Source: an uncultured Candidatus Saccharibacteria bacterium
Lineage (GTDB): Bacteria > Patescibacteriota > Minisyncoccia > Phycocordibacterales > UBA2100
DNA: 64,000 nt
Assembly: GCA_964424265.1 (NCBI GenBank)
Contig: CAYRHX010000001.1
Location: 498-64,497, forward strand
Direction of reading: 5' to 3'
Shown: positions 1 through 9,170 of the stretch, one piece after another
Layout: every line of letters begins with the position of its first letter
Numbering within the stretch: position 1 is the stretch's first letter
The notes under the pieces: model-generated
What the model was told of the DNA's origin: nothing
Seen by the model: only the letters and a program-made list of their open reading frames with translations
Databases searched by the model: none
Made by a program: the position numbers and the translations under genes

Positions 1-284
1 AAGCGCGTGTTCTAAATCAGAGGCGAGATCACGCCCGACCCAGCGAGGGAGATGCGGTGCGTTGCCAAGCGTCCTTTTGTCAGCCGAAAGTGGCCCAGGC
101 ACACCGGAAGCAAATACTTCGACCACCTCTCCTCCCGCAATCCGAAGCGCCGTTTCACTCATCATCTTTATCCCTGCCTCGTACTCCTGTGGAGTATCAA
201 GCATCACGGGCTCCGAAAAACTAGAGAGGTCGCGACTTCCCGCGATTCGCATTTTCGTCCCTCCTATATCAGCAACAATGTACA
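1..284 (-). CDS. ROK-family sugar kinase (glucokinase-like), N-terminal part only; gene continues beyond window start
   Basis: Minus-strand translation from ATG at 282-284 gives MYIVADIGGTKMRIAGSRDL..., the classic ROK/glucokinase N-terminal ATP-binding motif (DIGGTK). The gene is truncated by the window edge. The plus-strand ORFs 52..600 and 62..310 in the track are antisense to it. Confidence 0.55.
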
Positions 285-287
285 TGA

Positions 288-1259
288 TTACTGGGCGATG
301 CGCTGTTTAAATTCTGCCACGAGGGGCGTCTCAGGATTTGGTACACCGTACTCATTGGCCAATGTAAGTGACACCCAATCGGCAAGAATCGCGGAGTTAA
401 AGACTTTTTCGAATCCCGACTTCCCGGCAAGTGCCACATGCTCCACGGGAATACCTCTTTCTGCCAACATTTCCCCAGCCACTTTCATACGTTCAGCGAC
501 GCGCGGGTGGTCACTAAAATCCTGGAGAAAAACCGCGTGCAACCGACCCGAGATGTCGCGCGTAGAATCTGCGATATCAAACCCCGAGAGCTCATTGTGA
601 CAAAGCTCCGGGAAGACATTGCAAAAGGACGGGATTTTCGACGTCTCGTTGAATTTTATTTTCCATATGTAGGCGACCGGCACATTTGCGGCCGACGAAT
701 ATACAAGCGGTATCTTCCCCGCAAGAGCAGACGCAAGACGCACTCCTTCTGATTTCCCAACCATCGGATCAACACGCTTTCCTGCCGATCGAACTGCATC
801 TTCAAGCATTGAATTCCCCATGAGGCGCGCGGTTGCAAGCATCGAAAAACCAACCGCCATGCGCGGCTGGAGCCCTATTTCGGGAATAATCACAAGGGGA
901 AGGTGGTTCTCACGCGCAAAGTCGGCGAGCTTTCCCCCGGTTGTTGCGGCGACGACGGGAAGACCGCGCTCAAGCGCGACACGACCAGCGTCGAGCGTCT
1001 CCTCAGTGGTACCGGAATACGAACTCAGAATCACGAGCGTGTCGCGTCTCTCTTCCGTCGGTATATCGGGAAGTCCATAATCGCGGTGAATGATAATATT
1101 CGAAATTCCGCCGTAACGCTTGACGAGCCACGCGCCGAGGTGCGACCCGCCCATGCCAGCGACTACATAGTGCTTATACCGTCGGAGTGCCTCTCCCTGC
1201 TCAACGACAGGAATCCAATCAAACTGCTCGCCAAAGCGCCGTAATGCATCTTCCGTCAT
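288..1259 (-). CDS. bifunctional phosphoglucose/phosphomannose isomerase (SIS domain, archaeal-type PGI/PMI)
   Basis: Contains the VVAGMGGSHLGAWL motif (GxGGS of the PGI/PMI family) and a SIS fold pattern. I chose the internal Met at 1259 (MTEDALRRF...) because the track ORF start at 1436 would overlap GH15 by 155 nt. Confidence 0.7.
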   Translation of the reverse strand: MTEDALRRFGEQFDWIPVVEQGEALRRYKHYVVAGMGGSHLGAWLVKRYGGISNIIIHRDYGLPDIPTEERRDTLVILSSYSGTTEETLDAGRVALERGLPVVAATTGGKLADFARENHLPLVIIPEIGLQPRMAVGFSMLATARLMGNSMLEDAVRSAGKRVDPMVGKSEGVRLASALAGKIPLVYSSAANVPVAYIWKIKFNETSKIPSFCNVFPELCHNELSGFDIADSTRDISGRLHAVFLQDFSDHPRVAERMKVAGEMLAERGIPVEHVALAGKSGFEKVFNSAILADWVSLTLANEYGVPNPETPLVAEFKQRIAQ

Positions 1260-1281
1260 GCGGGCTATTGTACCATTTCCA

Positions 1282-3267
1282 CTACGGAGTAGGATTGCAA
1301 TTCGCGCAGATCCCCATTTCCTCAATTCGATCGAGATACTTGACCACCGCCGCCACATACGCTGCGTGCGCCCACGTAAGTGGCGCTGCACACACTTGCT
1401 CTCCGGTCTGTGGATTAAGCTGCTCCGAGAGAACACCCGAAGGCTGTGCGTGTCGCACCACCCAGGTGAAAATTTCGCGCACGCGATCCAGATCTGATTC
1501 GGTGTGGGCTTTTGCGATCAGATATTCTGCATAAAATAATGTTGTGATGACCCACGGATTTCCTGTCGACGGGCCCGGAATGCGATAGTAATCATCGTTT
1601 TCAAAACGGGCGATTCCGCCGATCGTAACCCCGTGACTCAATATTTCAACAGTCTTCTCAAATGCGCGCGCGAGCCTCGGATCACTCACTGGCAGCAATC
1701 CGAATGAGAAAATGCCATACACGCTTGATATATCAAGCGTTTTATCATACTCAAGACCTCCATCTTTCCAATTCACCAACTTTATGAACGTGCCAGTCTC
1801 TTCATCCCACAAGTGCTTGAGAACTGCTTCACGCACCTCTATCGCCGCTTTGCGGTATCGCGTCTCATGAGAGACTTTCCCGAGAATTTTCGAAATCTCT
1901 GCAGCGGCCATCAACGCGCCATATACACTTGCCGACGAAAAGGTGGAGCAGCCACGCAGGCGCTCCCACAAATCATATGAGGGCCGGGGCAATTTGGTGT
2001 GAGGATCGCGATACTCAACCAAAAAATCTGCGGGTTTTTCGACAAGGGCGTTATATGAAGACTCTAGAAACTCAAGATCTCGATTGTGCTTGTAGTGCTC
2101 ATAGAGTGCGTAGATAACGAGGGCGGTTTCGTCTTCTTGTATCGGCAATTGCGGATGCCCATCGCGTATCCATGGATGCCAGGAGGAACCAAGAGATTTG
2201 TCGGGTAAGTACTTGTGCATCAGGTACCCATCTTTTGTAATCACATCTCTGCAAAATTCAAAAAACCTCCGTGCAACTCCACCCTCTCCCGCAAGATCGA
2301 AGGATATGGCTACGTATGCACCATCGCGCGGCCACACATAGCAATATGTGTCGAGTCCGTATTGCATCATATCTGAATCGGTCGAGGCAATGACGCCACC
2401 TTCTTTGTCGACGTGCGCACGCATATACATGAGGGATCGGCGGAAGAGGGCTACATGATCTTTTGACAAGCCGTAGAAATTCCACTCATACGCGTGCACC
2501 CAGGCATGCCAAAAATCCGTCGTTGAACGAATGAGGTGCTCGGGCGTCTTTTTGAGCACCATTTGGTTCAACTCTTGCGCCTCCGCAATCGATTGCGCTG
2601 CGAGCAACCAATAGTGACACGTGCGTGATTGTCCTCCCATGTAACTCGCGTAGAGACCGATCGTCGAATCCGCCGGTCCATGCTCGATGGGATTCTTGGA
2701 GAGCACGCCGTCGTCTGCGTCGCGAAACGTTCCTTCTTGCCCATTAAAATTCATCCGCCCCGTTGCATAATCTTCAAACGGAACGCCGTCGAGCATGGCC
2801 CGAATCAAAAACACGCGATGCCCTTTGTAGTGAATGAGTGTGTGCGAAGAGGGATCGAAATATGCCGTATCACTGCCATGTGATTTGTATATCTCAAACT
2901 CATGTGCAAAGTAGAGTTTTATGTCGCGCGTGTTCTCAAAAGCGTTTGTCACGATGACTCGCCGTACGAAAACGGGTCGCTCGTTGTATACGACATCCTT
3001 GAAGACCAGGTCGATTCCGAGTTTTGCATTACGCGCTATCACAGAGCTCGCAAGCGCCTCCTCCTCACATGAAATACTGATGTCCCACGAGCGATCCTGC
3101 GAAAGCCAGCTCATCTGTCCGTCCACCCATACTCCGACACGGTGGATGTAGTGGCCACGCACATGATCCTCGAACCCCACATGCGGATAGTAGATGTCGC
3201 GCACTGCGGCGTATTTGTCGAGCGCTACGCAGAGCTCTCCATTCGAAAGAACGATGGAGCGGGACAT
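1282..3267 (-). CDS. glycoside hydrolase family 15 (glucoamylase/glucodextranase/trehalase-like)
   Basis: 661 aa with a GH15 catalytic-domain pattern including SYDLWERLRG (the DLWEE motif) and a long (alpha/alpha)6-type sequence. Confidence 0.75.
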   Translation of the reverse strand: MSRSIVLSNGELCVALDKYAAVRDIYYPHVGFEDHVRGHYIHRVGVWVDGQMSWLSQDRSWDISISCEEEALASSVIARNAKLGIDLVFKDVVYNERPVFVRRVIVTNAFENTRDIKLYFAHEFEIYKSHGSDTAYFDPSSHTLIHYKGHRVFLIRAMLDGVPFEDYATGRMNFNGQEGTFRDADDGVLSKNPIEHGPADSTIGLYASYMGGQSRTCHYWLLAAQSIAEAQELNQMVLKKTPEHLIRSTTDFWHAWVHAYEWNFYGLSKDHVALFRRSLMYMRAHVDKEGGVIASTDSDMMQYGLDTYCYVWPRDGAYVAISFDLAGEGGVARRFFEFCRDVITKDGYLMHKYLPDKSLGSSWHPWIRDGHPQLPIQEDETALVIYALYEHYKHNRDLEFLESSYNALVEKPADFLVEYRDPHTKLPRPSYDLWERLRGCSTFSSASVYGALMAAAEISKILGKVSHETRYRKAAIEVREAVLKHLWDEETGTFIKLVNWKDGGLEYDKTLDISSVYGIFSFGLLPVSDPRLARAFEKTVEILSHGVTIGGIARFENDDYYRIPGPSTGNPWVITTLFYAEYLIAKAHTESDLDRVREIFTWVVRHAQPSGVLSEQLNPQTGEQVCAAPLTWAHAAYVAAVVKYLDRIEEMGICANCNPTP

Positions 3268-3268
3268 A

Positions 3269-4465
3269 TTATTTCAGTGGGTGTGCGACACGAAGTCGTA
3301 GGTCGGAGAGCGCGTTCATATAAGCGATGTAGGCATCATACGGAGATTCATAGGGAGAGAAATACGCGTGTACATCACCATCGGCAAACCACTTCGTGCA
3401 CATATAGTAAAAGTGATCGGAGGTTTGAAGCTTCCTCCAATCGTCGAGTAGTTTGTGATCATTGGCCCGCACAATATCGTTTTCCAGAGCATAGACGTTT
3501 TCAATCGCCGCTTTTTGCATTGGGTTCCCGACCCACGCCGTGAGGTCACGATCCGTATCCGCCCACGTAAGAATGTGTGGCACGTCTATTTCATCTCGCG
3601 GATCGTAACTCGCAATAACCTCGGAGGGCGTCTTAAAATCTATGCCCGGATTGTGCGAGAGCTTCTGCGGCAGCTGCTCGAGAAAATTAAAAATGCCAGT
3701 ATCCTCCCATTGATGCTCTCCGAATGTCTCGTAATCCATAAAAAGGTTTACCGTGTCGCCTTCCACACTTCCAAGCCAATCACCAAACTTTTCGGCGGTG
3801 AGCGGCCACTCAGACCAATCGCGCGAGGAAAAACGAAACGCGACATCGTCGGATAACCGATAATTTTTGAGGAGCAGCCGACTGTTCTGTGCCCCGCGTA
3901 CCTTATATACATAATTCGGGCTTCGCCATCCCAAGATGGGGTCCCACCCCTCAGCAATTACACCCGCATACCCGTTTCTGTCTGCCCACTCGCCCACATC
4001 GTTTCTATAGGAAAGCTCGGTATTGCGGAAAACGCGCGGACGCACCCCAAACAAACGCCGTATGATGTCGCGATGTTTCGTTACTTGTTGCTCGAATTCG
4101 GTGGGTGAATAGAAAAAGGCGAGGCTGTGATAATAAGTCTCGCCCAAGACCTCCGCGCGACCGGTGTCTATCACCCTTTTGAAAAGCTCTATAGCCTCCG
4201 GAGCATATCGCTCCATTTGTTCAAGAGCGACCCCGGAGAAAGAAAAGCTGACGCGAAATTCTGGATGCCTCTTCAAGAGCTCCAAGATGAGGGAGGTCGC
4301 GGGGACATACGACTTCCGAGCCACCTTCTCAAACACTTTTCTATTATTAAGATCGCTTTCTCCGCGATCGTTGAAATATTCGGGATCATTACCCACATCA
4401 AAAATGCGGTACCGCTTCACGCGATAGGGCTGATGAACTTGAAAATAGAAGCAGACTGACTTCAT
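3269..4465 (-). CDS. glycoside hydrolase family 57 (alpha-amylase/alpha-glucan branching or 4-alpha-glucanotransferase-like)
   Basis: N-terminus VCFYFQVHQPYR (the GH57 HQP motif) and FMDYETFGEH later in the sequence. Confidence 0.75.
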   Translation of the reverse strand: MKSVCFYFQVHQPYRVKRYRIFDVGNDPEYFNDRGESDLNNRKVFEKVARKSYVPATSLILELLKRHPEFRVSFSFSGVALEQMERYAPEAIELFKRVIDTGRAEVLGETYYHSLAFFYSPTEFEQQVTKHRDIIRRLFGVRPRVFRNTELSYRNDVGEWADRNGYAGVIAEGWDPILGWRSPNYVYKVRGAQNSRLLLKNYRLSDDVAFRFSSRDWSEWPLTAEKFGDWLGSVEGDTVNLFMDYETFGEHQWEDTGIFNFLEQLPQKLSHNPGIDFKTPSEVIASYDPRDEIDVPHILTWADTDRDLTAWVGNPMQKAAIENVYALENDIVRANDHKLLDDWRKLQTSDHFYYMCTKWFADGDVHAYFSPYESPYDAYIAYMNALSDLRLRVAHPLK

Positions 4466-4523
4466 GAATATTCAACGATGCAAAAAACGCGCTGCACCGC
4501 ATTGCACGTATGTATTCTACCAC

Positions 4524-5732
4524 CTATCCAACGAGCTCGTGCACAATTCCATCCACTTTTCTTGCCGCATCTGCCCATGTGAGCTTCTGCGCCTCCTGCG
4601 CCGCGTTTTCTGACAACGCCTCACGCAACGCGGGATGACCAATGACCGAAAGAATCTTGTGTGCCATCTCATCCACGTCCCAATAATCCACCTTGAGTGC
4701 GTGCTGTACCACTTCCGCTACGCCCGATTGTTTCGACATCAACACGGGAGTGCCCAATTTCATCGCCTCGAGAGCCGTAATACCAAACGGCTCAGAAACG
4801 GAAGGCATCACAAAAAGATCTGCTACAGAATACACTTCGTGTCGCTCCGCTCCCTGCAAAAAACCTGTAAAAAATACATTGCTCGCAATGCCGAGCTCAG
4901 CTGCAAGGTGCATGACTTGGTTTTCCATATCCCCCGTCCCGGAAAGAATGAACAATACGTGAGGATCTTTCTCGAGAACGCGTTTGGCTGCTCGCAAAAA
5001 ATAATCCGGCCCTTTCTGAAGGGTTACGCGCCCAATAAAGAGAACGAGCCGATACCCAGAGGATTTGAGGGCTCGCAACCGAGGCAATGTACCGCCACTC
5101 TGAGGCACGGTCGCGTCATCAATTCCGTTGTATACGACACGAACCTTATCCGGCGTAATGCCATACTCTTTTACGATGACATTTTTGGTCAGCTCGGAAA
5201 CTGCGATCACACAATCCGCACCTTCCATCCCTTCCCTCTCAATCTTGTAGACATCCGGATTTATCCCCCATGACCCACCACAGCGATCGAATTCTGTAGC
5301 GTGCACATGCACGATGAGCGGCTTACCGGTAGCTCGCTTTGCGACAAGCCCTGCGCCAAAAGAAAGCCAGTCGTGCGCGTAGATCACATCGAACTGTTCG
5401 CCTTGAGCAATACCTTCTGCGAGACCCGCATACCGCATTACTTCTCCCAACAAATCCGCACCGTATATGCCGCTACTCTCTCCCCGCACATAGCTCTTAC
5501 TCGTGAGATAGGGCCTCAGGGTCGAATTTACGGCACGCGCCTCCACATCTTCCACCTCGGCAAAAATCATGTGCGCCCATGGGGTCTGCACGTCGAGCTT
5601 CTTCGGCATCACAAATACGATGTGTATGCCGAGCTCGGAGAGTGCTTTCGTGAGTCCAAGACATGCGACACCCAAGCCGCCGCTGTGGTAGGGCGGAAAT
5701 TCCCATCCGAACATGAGGATTCGCGTTTTCAT
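4524..5732 (-). CDS. GT4/GT5-type alpha-glucosyltransferase (glycogen synthase-like)
   Basis: MKTRILMFGWEFPPYHSGGLGVAC N-terminus, typical of glycogen synthase and trehalose-type GT-B enzymes, and a C-terminal GT-B half (FFTGF...E..G.P). The 212-aa plus ORF 4635..5273 is antisense and rejected. Confidence 0.7.
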   Translation of the reverse strand: MKTRILMFGWEFPPYHSGGLGVACLGLTKALSELGIHIVFVMPKKLDVQTPWAHMIFAEVEDVEARAVNSTLRPYLTSKSYVRGESSGIYGADLLGEVMRYAGLAEGIAQGEQFDVIYAHDWLSFGAGLVAKRATGKPLIVHVHATEFDRCGGSWGINPDVYKIEREGMEGADCVIAVSELTKNVIVKEYGITPDKVRVVYNGIDDATVPQSGGTLPRLRALKSSGYRLVLFIGRVTLQKGPDYFLRAAKRVLEKDPHVLFILSGTGDMENQVMHLAAELGIASNVFFTGFLQGAERHEVYSVADLFVMPSVSEPFGITALEAMKLGTPVLMSKQSGVAEVVQHALKVDYWDVDEMAHKILSVIGHPALREALSENAAQEAQKLTWADAARKVDGIVHELVG

Positions 5733-5790
5733 TGTGACGTAATTACGAAAAACTATAGAGATTTTACCATGGGTATGCTACCCTCGGCAG

Positions 5791-6552
5791 ATGAATTGCC
5801 CACGCGTAGCTATATTCGATCTCGACGATACGCTCGCCGAAAGCTTCCAACCCCCGATGCCTGAAATGGTAAAAAAGCTGGGTGATCTTCTGGAGCGCAT
5901 TCCACTCGCCATAATGTCCGCCGCTGGATTCCCCCGTATTCGAGATCAATTCATTTCTCACCTCGAACATTCCCCCCACATTTCGCAATTTTATATATTT
6001 CCCAACAGCACAGCCGAGTGCTACACATTCAAAAACGGAGAGTGGAAACTGGCCTACAGCTTAGGTCTTAGCGAGGATGATCGCGAGACCATACGGAAGG
6101 CTATCCGTGATGCTCTCGCCGAGACGGGCGTTCTCGAAGAACATCCGAAACACGAGCCGATGATAATCGACCGCGACGCACAAATCGCACTCGCTACCAT
6201 CGGGCTCGATGCATCGTTCGAAGAAAAAAAGGCGTGGGATCCGGATCAGGCAAAACGAAAAAAGCTCACCGCAGTTCTCGAGAAAAAGATCCCACAATTC
6301 GAGATACTGATGGGCGGCATGACCACGATTGATATCACGCACAAGGGTGTCAACAAGGCGTATGGTGTCAACTGGCTTTCACAGAAGCTCAACATTCCTG
6401 CTCCTGAGATGCTCTACGTGGGCGATGCACTCTATCCTGGTGGCAACGATGAGGTGGTGAGGCCAACGGGCATTCAGACACATATGGTTTCCGGCCCATC
6501 CGAAACCCTTATCGTCCTCGACGAGCTCCTCTCAGTCTGCCCAATCACGTAA
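5791..6552 (+). CDS. HAD-IIB family sugar-phosphate phosphatase-like hydrolase
   Basis: VAIFDLDDTLAE (HAD motif I) and GDALYPGGNDE (motif IV region). The gene diverges from the glucan cluster. Confidence 0.6.
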   Translation: MNCPRVAIFDLDDTLAESFQPPMPEMVKKLGDLLERIPLAIMSAAGFPRIRDQFISHLEHSPHISQFYIFPNSTAECYTFKNGEWKLAYSLGLSEDDRETIRKAIRDALAETGVLEEHPKHEPMIIDRDAQIALATIGLDASFEEKKAWDPDQAKRKKLTAVLEKKIPQFEILMGGMTTIDITHKGVNKAYGVNWLSQKLNIPAPEMLYVGDALYPGGNDEVVRPTGIQTHMVSGPSETLIVLDELLSVCPIT

Positions 6553-6630
6553 TCCACAGATGCGCGACGATCACGCGCTGTGTCGTGCATTGCATGCTAT
6601 GCACGCGAAACATCCCTCCACCCCCAGATA

Positions 6631-6670
6631 GATACACACAACACCTACGACCGTGTGGGTTGTATGTATC
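6631..6670. repeat. palindromic hairpin repeat copy R1 (GATACACACAACACCTACGACCGTGTGGGTTGTATGTATC)
   Basis: Imperfect inverted-repeat arms (ATACACACAAC / GTTGTATGTAT) around the core ACCTACGACCGTGTG. It lies immediately 3' of the PaaX-like gene. Confidence 0.7.
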
Positions 6671-6677
6671 TATGAGT

Positions 6678-7295
6678 TTATGCCTGAGAAGAAAGCGGGA
6701 GCTTGAAGTGCTTGCGGATCCAGAGGTCGTTCTCAATTTTCTCGACTATTGCGTACAACACGTCCTTCCCGATTTTCAATTCTGCTTTGAGCAACGCGAC
6801 GAGCTCCTCGCATTCATACGGGTACACCCAAACACTATCTTGTAGACGCAAAAAACCGTACAAGGAGACCATTTCGCGGAGTCTGTCGCGTGTGCGACGA
6901 CGTTTTTCAGGTATATCAAAAACGACCATGCGCCACCTCCGATCCCACCGCTTCGGCCTCACGGGGCCTGCGCGTAAGAGCGCCTCTCTTTCTACCCGTT
7001 CCAGTTCTCGCCTTCCTGCCTCTGTAATCCGCATACATTTTCGGCCGTGAATTTCCTCAAAGGTGACAAAACCCTTGCGCGCGAGACGGCTTGCCGTCGA
7101 GCGCGTTTGTTCATTAAACCTCCTAATCGGCCCAATCTTATCGAGGAGCTGCAACGTGTTGGGGGCAACGGCAGCCACAGCGAGAACACCTGCCACATAC
7201 ACGGCCGAGAGGACTGCATTTTGCAGATATCCGCGGCGGCGAATCGTGCGCGCCTCTTTTTCAAGAACTCCCATATCAAAAATCGTATCACACAC
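6678..7295 (-). CDS. PaaX-family-like transcriptional regulator (wHTH plus PaaX-type domain), short form
   Basis: wHTH segment RLARKGFVTFEEIHGRKCMRITEAGRREL. The segment RWDRRWRMVVFDIPEKRRRTRDRLREMVSLYGFLRLQDSVWVYPY aligns by eye to E. coli PaaX AWDGKWLLLLSEGLDKS...LIWQGFGALAPSLMASP. The FD-IP...GF..LQ.SVW pattern also resembles the Cas2/VapD fold. Confidence 0.55.
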   Translation of the reverse strand: MCDTIFDMGVLEKEARTIRRRGYLQNAVLSAVYVAGVLAVAAVAPNTLQLLDKIGPIRRFNEQTRSTASRLARKGFVTFEEIHGRKCMRITEAGRRELERVEREALLRAGPVRPKRWDRRWRMVVFDIPEKRRRTRDRLREMVSLYGFLRLQDSVWVYPYECEELVALLKAELKIGKDVLYAIVEKIENDLWIRKHFKLPLSSQA

Positions 7296-7335
7296 TCATA
7301 CACGCAACACCTACGACCGTGGGAGTTGTGTGTAT
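7296..7335. repeat. palindromic hairpin repeat copy R2
   Basis: CATACACGCAACACCTACGACCGTGGGAGTTGTGTGTAT. It abuts the start codon of the PaaX-like gene. Confidence 0.7.
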
Positions 7336-7418
7336 TTCGCCGAAAGACATCCTTGGCGCACAACATTCTCTTTTTATATGTCACTCTTCCAGGGTTCCCT
7401 CCTCTGGCTTTTTACTCC

Positions 7419-7457
7419 GCATACATACAAGACCTACGACCGTGTGTGTTGTGTGTA
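7419..7457. repeat. palindromic hairpin repeat copy R3
   Basis: CATACATACAAGACCTACGACCGTGTGTGTTGTGTGTAT. Confidence 0.7.
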
Positions 7458-7523
7458 TTTGTCATTTCTAACCTAGCTTTCTTTATCCCTTCCTTTTTTA
7501 GTCTTTTCCGTGTTTCCACCACC

Positions 7524-7561
7524 ATACATACAAGACCTACGACCGTGTGAGTTGTGTGTAG
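7524..7561. repeat. palindromic hairpin repeat copy R4
   Basis: CATACATACAAGACCTACGACCGTGTGAGTTGTGTGTAG. Nearly identical to R3. Confidence 0.7.
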
Positions 7562-7592
7562 TGCGGGGGTGAGGAGAAAAGATGAGTGGCCC

Positions 7593-7632
7593 AAAAAACA
7601 AAAACCCCACTCCGTAATCGGATGCGGGGTCT
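7593..7632 (-). terminator. rho-independent terminator of the pilin operon
   Basis: On the minus strand: hairpin CCCCGCATCCG-ATTA-CGGAGTGGGG followed by TTTTTGTTTTTT. Confidence 0.7.
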
Positions 7633-7651
7633 TTGTAGTCGCTCTAAGAAT

Positions 7652-8128
7652 TTAGCGAGTGACTGCGATACCTGCTGGAGCACCGTCGGCAATGGCCGCT
7701 GGTGCGATTACCGTGATCTGTTGATTATCCGTGTTCAGCCGGATTGAATAACCAGTGTCGTATGCTGGAGGAGTCAACGGAGTTGTCTGTGGGTCGACCG
7801 GCAAAACCGCAAGATAGTTCGTTAGACATGCACTTAGATTAACGCCGCCAGCAGTTGATCTAATGAAAAGCGGAGTCGCAGGAGCAGCCGTTGTACCTGC
7901 AGGAATACCGGTGCAGGTGGTGATTCCTCTGTTATCAACCATGTTCTGCTGGATAGCGTTCAGGATAGACTCAACGTTTGCCTGGCGCTGACTGTTACGA
8001 GCATCCTGGAAGCGCCTCGCTGGGTTGATAGCGACGAGCACGATAGCTGCGAGAATCGCGATAATTGCGATCACGACGAGGATTTCGATGAGCGTAAATC
8101 CTCGCTCTTGAGATTTCTTATTAAACAT
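7652..8128 (-). CDS. type IV pilin / pseudopilin (prepilin N-terminal methylation motif)
   Basis: MFNKKSQERGFTLIEILVVIAIIAILAAIV is a class III signal: G followed by FTLIE and a hydrophobic helix. Confidence 0.85.
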   Translation of the reverse strand: MFNKKSQERGFTLIEILVVIAIIAILAAIVLVAINPARRFQDARNSQRQANVESILNAIQQNMVDNRGITTCTGIPAGTTAAPATPLFIRSTAGGVNLSACLTNYLAVLPVDPQTTPLTPPAYDTGYSIRLNTDNQQITVIAPAAIADGAPAGIAVTR

Positions 8129-8202
8129 ATGTTTTAAGCGCTAATATAATAACTACCTTCTAATGCCGAGACCATACCATAGAACAAAGCGAGACGCAAG
8201 CG

Positions 8203-8667
8203 CTATGGAAGTGGGCAGGCTGGAAGAAGCGAAGTGTCGTAGTCCGGTGATTCCACCCATCGAGTCACAGAAAAATTATCAGACACGATGCTGCCGTCCA
8301 CTTCGATATTCGTGAAAGCGCCGTTATAGGAAGCGCGAGCGTAGATCGTGTAATTCGGCCCCCCCACCGGCGTGACCTCGCAAATTTTGCAGACCATTTT
8401 TCCCGCAGGACAAGTGCCACCGACACTCACGCACTCCCCGTTGCCTACTGGCGAGTAGCTCGGATTCTGCGCAATTCTGATCATCGCTGCGTTTGCGCAT
8501 GATTCTGCAAGCGCGAGACTGATGCGTTTGTTCTCAGTGTCGAAAGTGCTGAAACGATTGAGAAATGCCGAAGCGCCGAGTGTAAAAATCATTACCATCA
8601 AAATCGCTCCGACGATGATTACGGTCATGAGCGCAATAAATCCTCTTTGTGTATCCTGCGTGTTCAT
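8203..8667 (-). CDS. prepilin-like minor pilin
   Basis: N-terminus ...QRGFIALMTVIIVGAILMV, a prepilin-type hydrophobic helix with a degenerate cleavage motif. Confidence 0.6.
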   Translation of the reverse strand: MNTQDTQRGFIALMTVIIVGAILMVMIFTLGASAFLNRFSTFDTENKRISLALAESCANAAMIRIAQNPSYSPVGNGECVSVGGTCPAGKMVCKICEVTPVGGPNYTIYARASYNGAFTNIEVDGSIVSDNFSVTRWVESPDYDTSLLPACPLP

Positions 8668-9170
8668 TTGCGTATGTACCGCGTCATCACGACAGGAATC
8701 GTAATTTTGCGACCTATAGGAGTGAGGGCGCTGGCCGTGAGTGCAATTTCCAGCTTATCCGGGTTGGCTCCGCCTGCATATGTGCGAGTAAACACTAAAT
8801 TGTCTATTGTGACGTTTGAATTGTTTAGGGCATCTACACCCCATTCCACATCGCCTCCTGACTTTGCGATTGTTATATCATGGTTTCCACCGCATACTGC
8901 GTCGAACGAAATCGAAAGCGTGCCTCCGGGGAAACCGGGTGCGGGGTTACAAATCGCTTGCGCCTGAGACATCGCGTAGGCAATTTTCCCAAGAATAAAA
9001 TTCTCCTCTTCTTGGAGCATGGCTTTCGTCTGACTTTGATCGGCACCGGCATACAGCATATATGCCGAGGCCATAAGCCCACTCATAATGACCGCAAAGA
9101 GAGCGAGGTAAATGAGAGTCTCGATCAATGTTACACCGCGAGAATTTGATTTGTCGTTTTTGAAAATCAT
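8664..9170 (-). CDS. prepilin-like minor pilin
   Basis: SRGVTLIETLIYLALFAVIMSGL N-terminal motif. Overlaps neighbouring genes by 4 nt, indicating translational coupling. Confidence 0.7.
   Translation of the reverse strand: MIFKNDKSNSRGVTLIETLIYLALFAVIMSGLMASAYMLYAGADQSQTKAMLQEEENFILGKIAYAMSQAQAICNPAPGFPGGTLSISFDAVCGGNHDITIAKSGGDVEWGVDALNNSNVTIDNLVFTRTYAGGANPDKLEIALTASALTPIGRKITIPVVMTRYIRK

Noticed and set aside
52-600. Plus-strand ORFs 52..600 and 62..310 at the window start
   Set aside because: The minus strand encodes a clean ROK-kinase N-terminus (1..284) and the PGI/PMI C-terminus (288 onward). The plus ORFs overlap both and have no recognisable features.
4635-5273. 212-aa plus-strand ORF inside the glycosyltransferase gene; similar antisense ORFs at 17982..18701, 23761..24240, 24484..25110 and 20400..20888
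   Set aside because: All are antisense to well-supported genes with clear family signatures. Their Cys, Val and Arg-rich or low-complexity composition is what is expected from the reverse complement of repeat-rich, GC-skewed coding sequence.
6678-7295. Calling the 205-aa protein a Cas2 or VapD homologue because of the FDIP...R.LR..L..GF..LQ.SVW pattern
   Set aside because: The same segment aligns by eye to the PaaX regulator core (E. coli PaaX AWDGKWLLLL...LIWQGFGALAPSLMASP). The protein also has an N-terminal wHTH, as PaaX-family regulators do. The Cas2-like resemblance is probably at fold level only. A database search should settle it.
6631-7561. The four hairpin repeats next to a gene with a Cas2-like sequence pattern could be a degenerate CRISPR array
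   Set aside because: Repeat-to-repeat spacing is irregular (104, 125 and 656 nt) and the implied spacers (65-86 nt) are too long. Copies differ at several positions, and one copy lies on the other side of the gene. No cas1, cas9 or other cas genes are present in the window.
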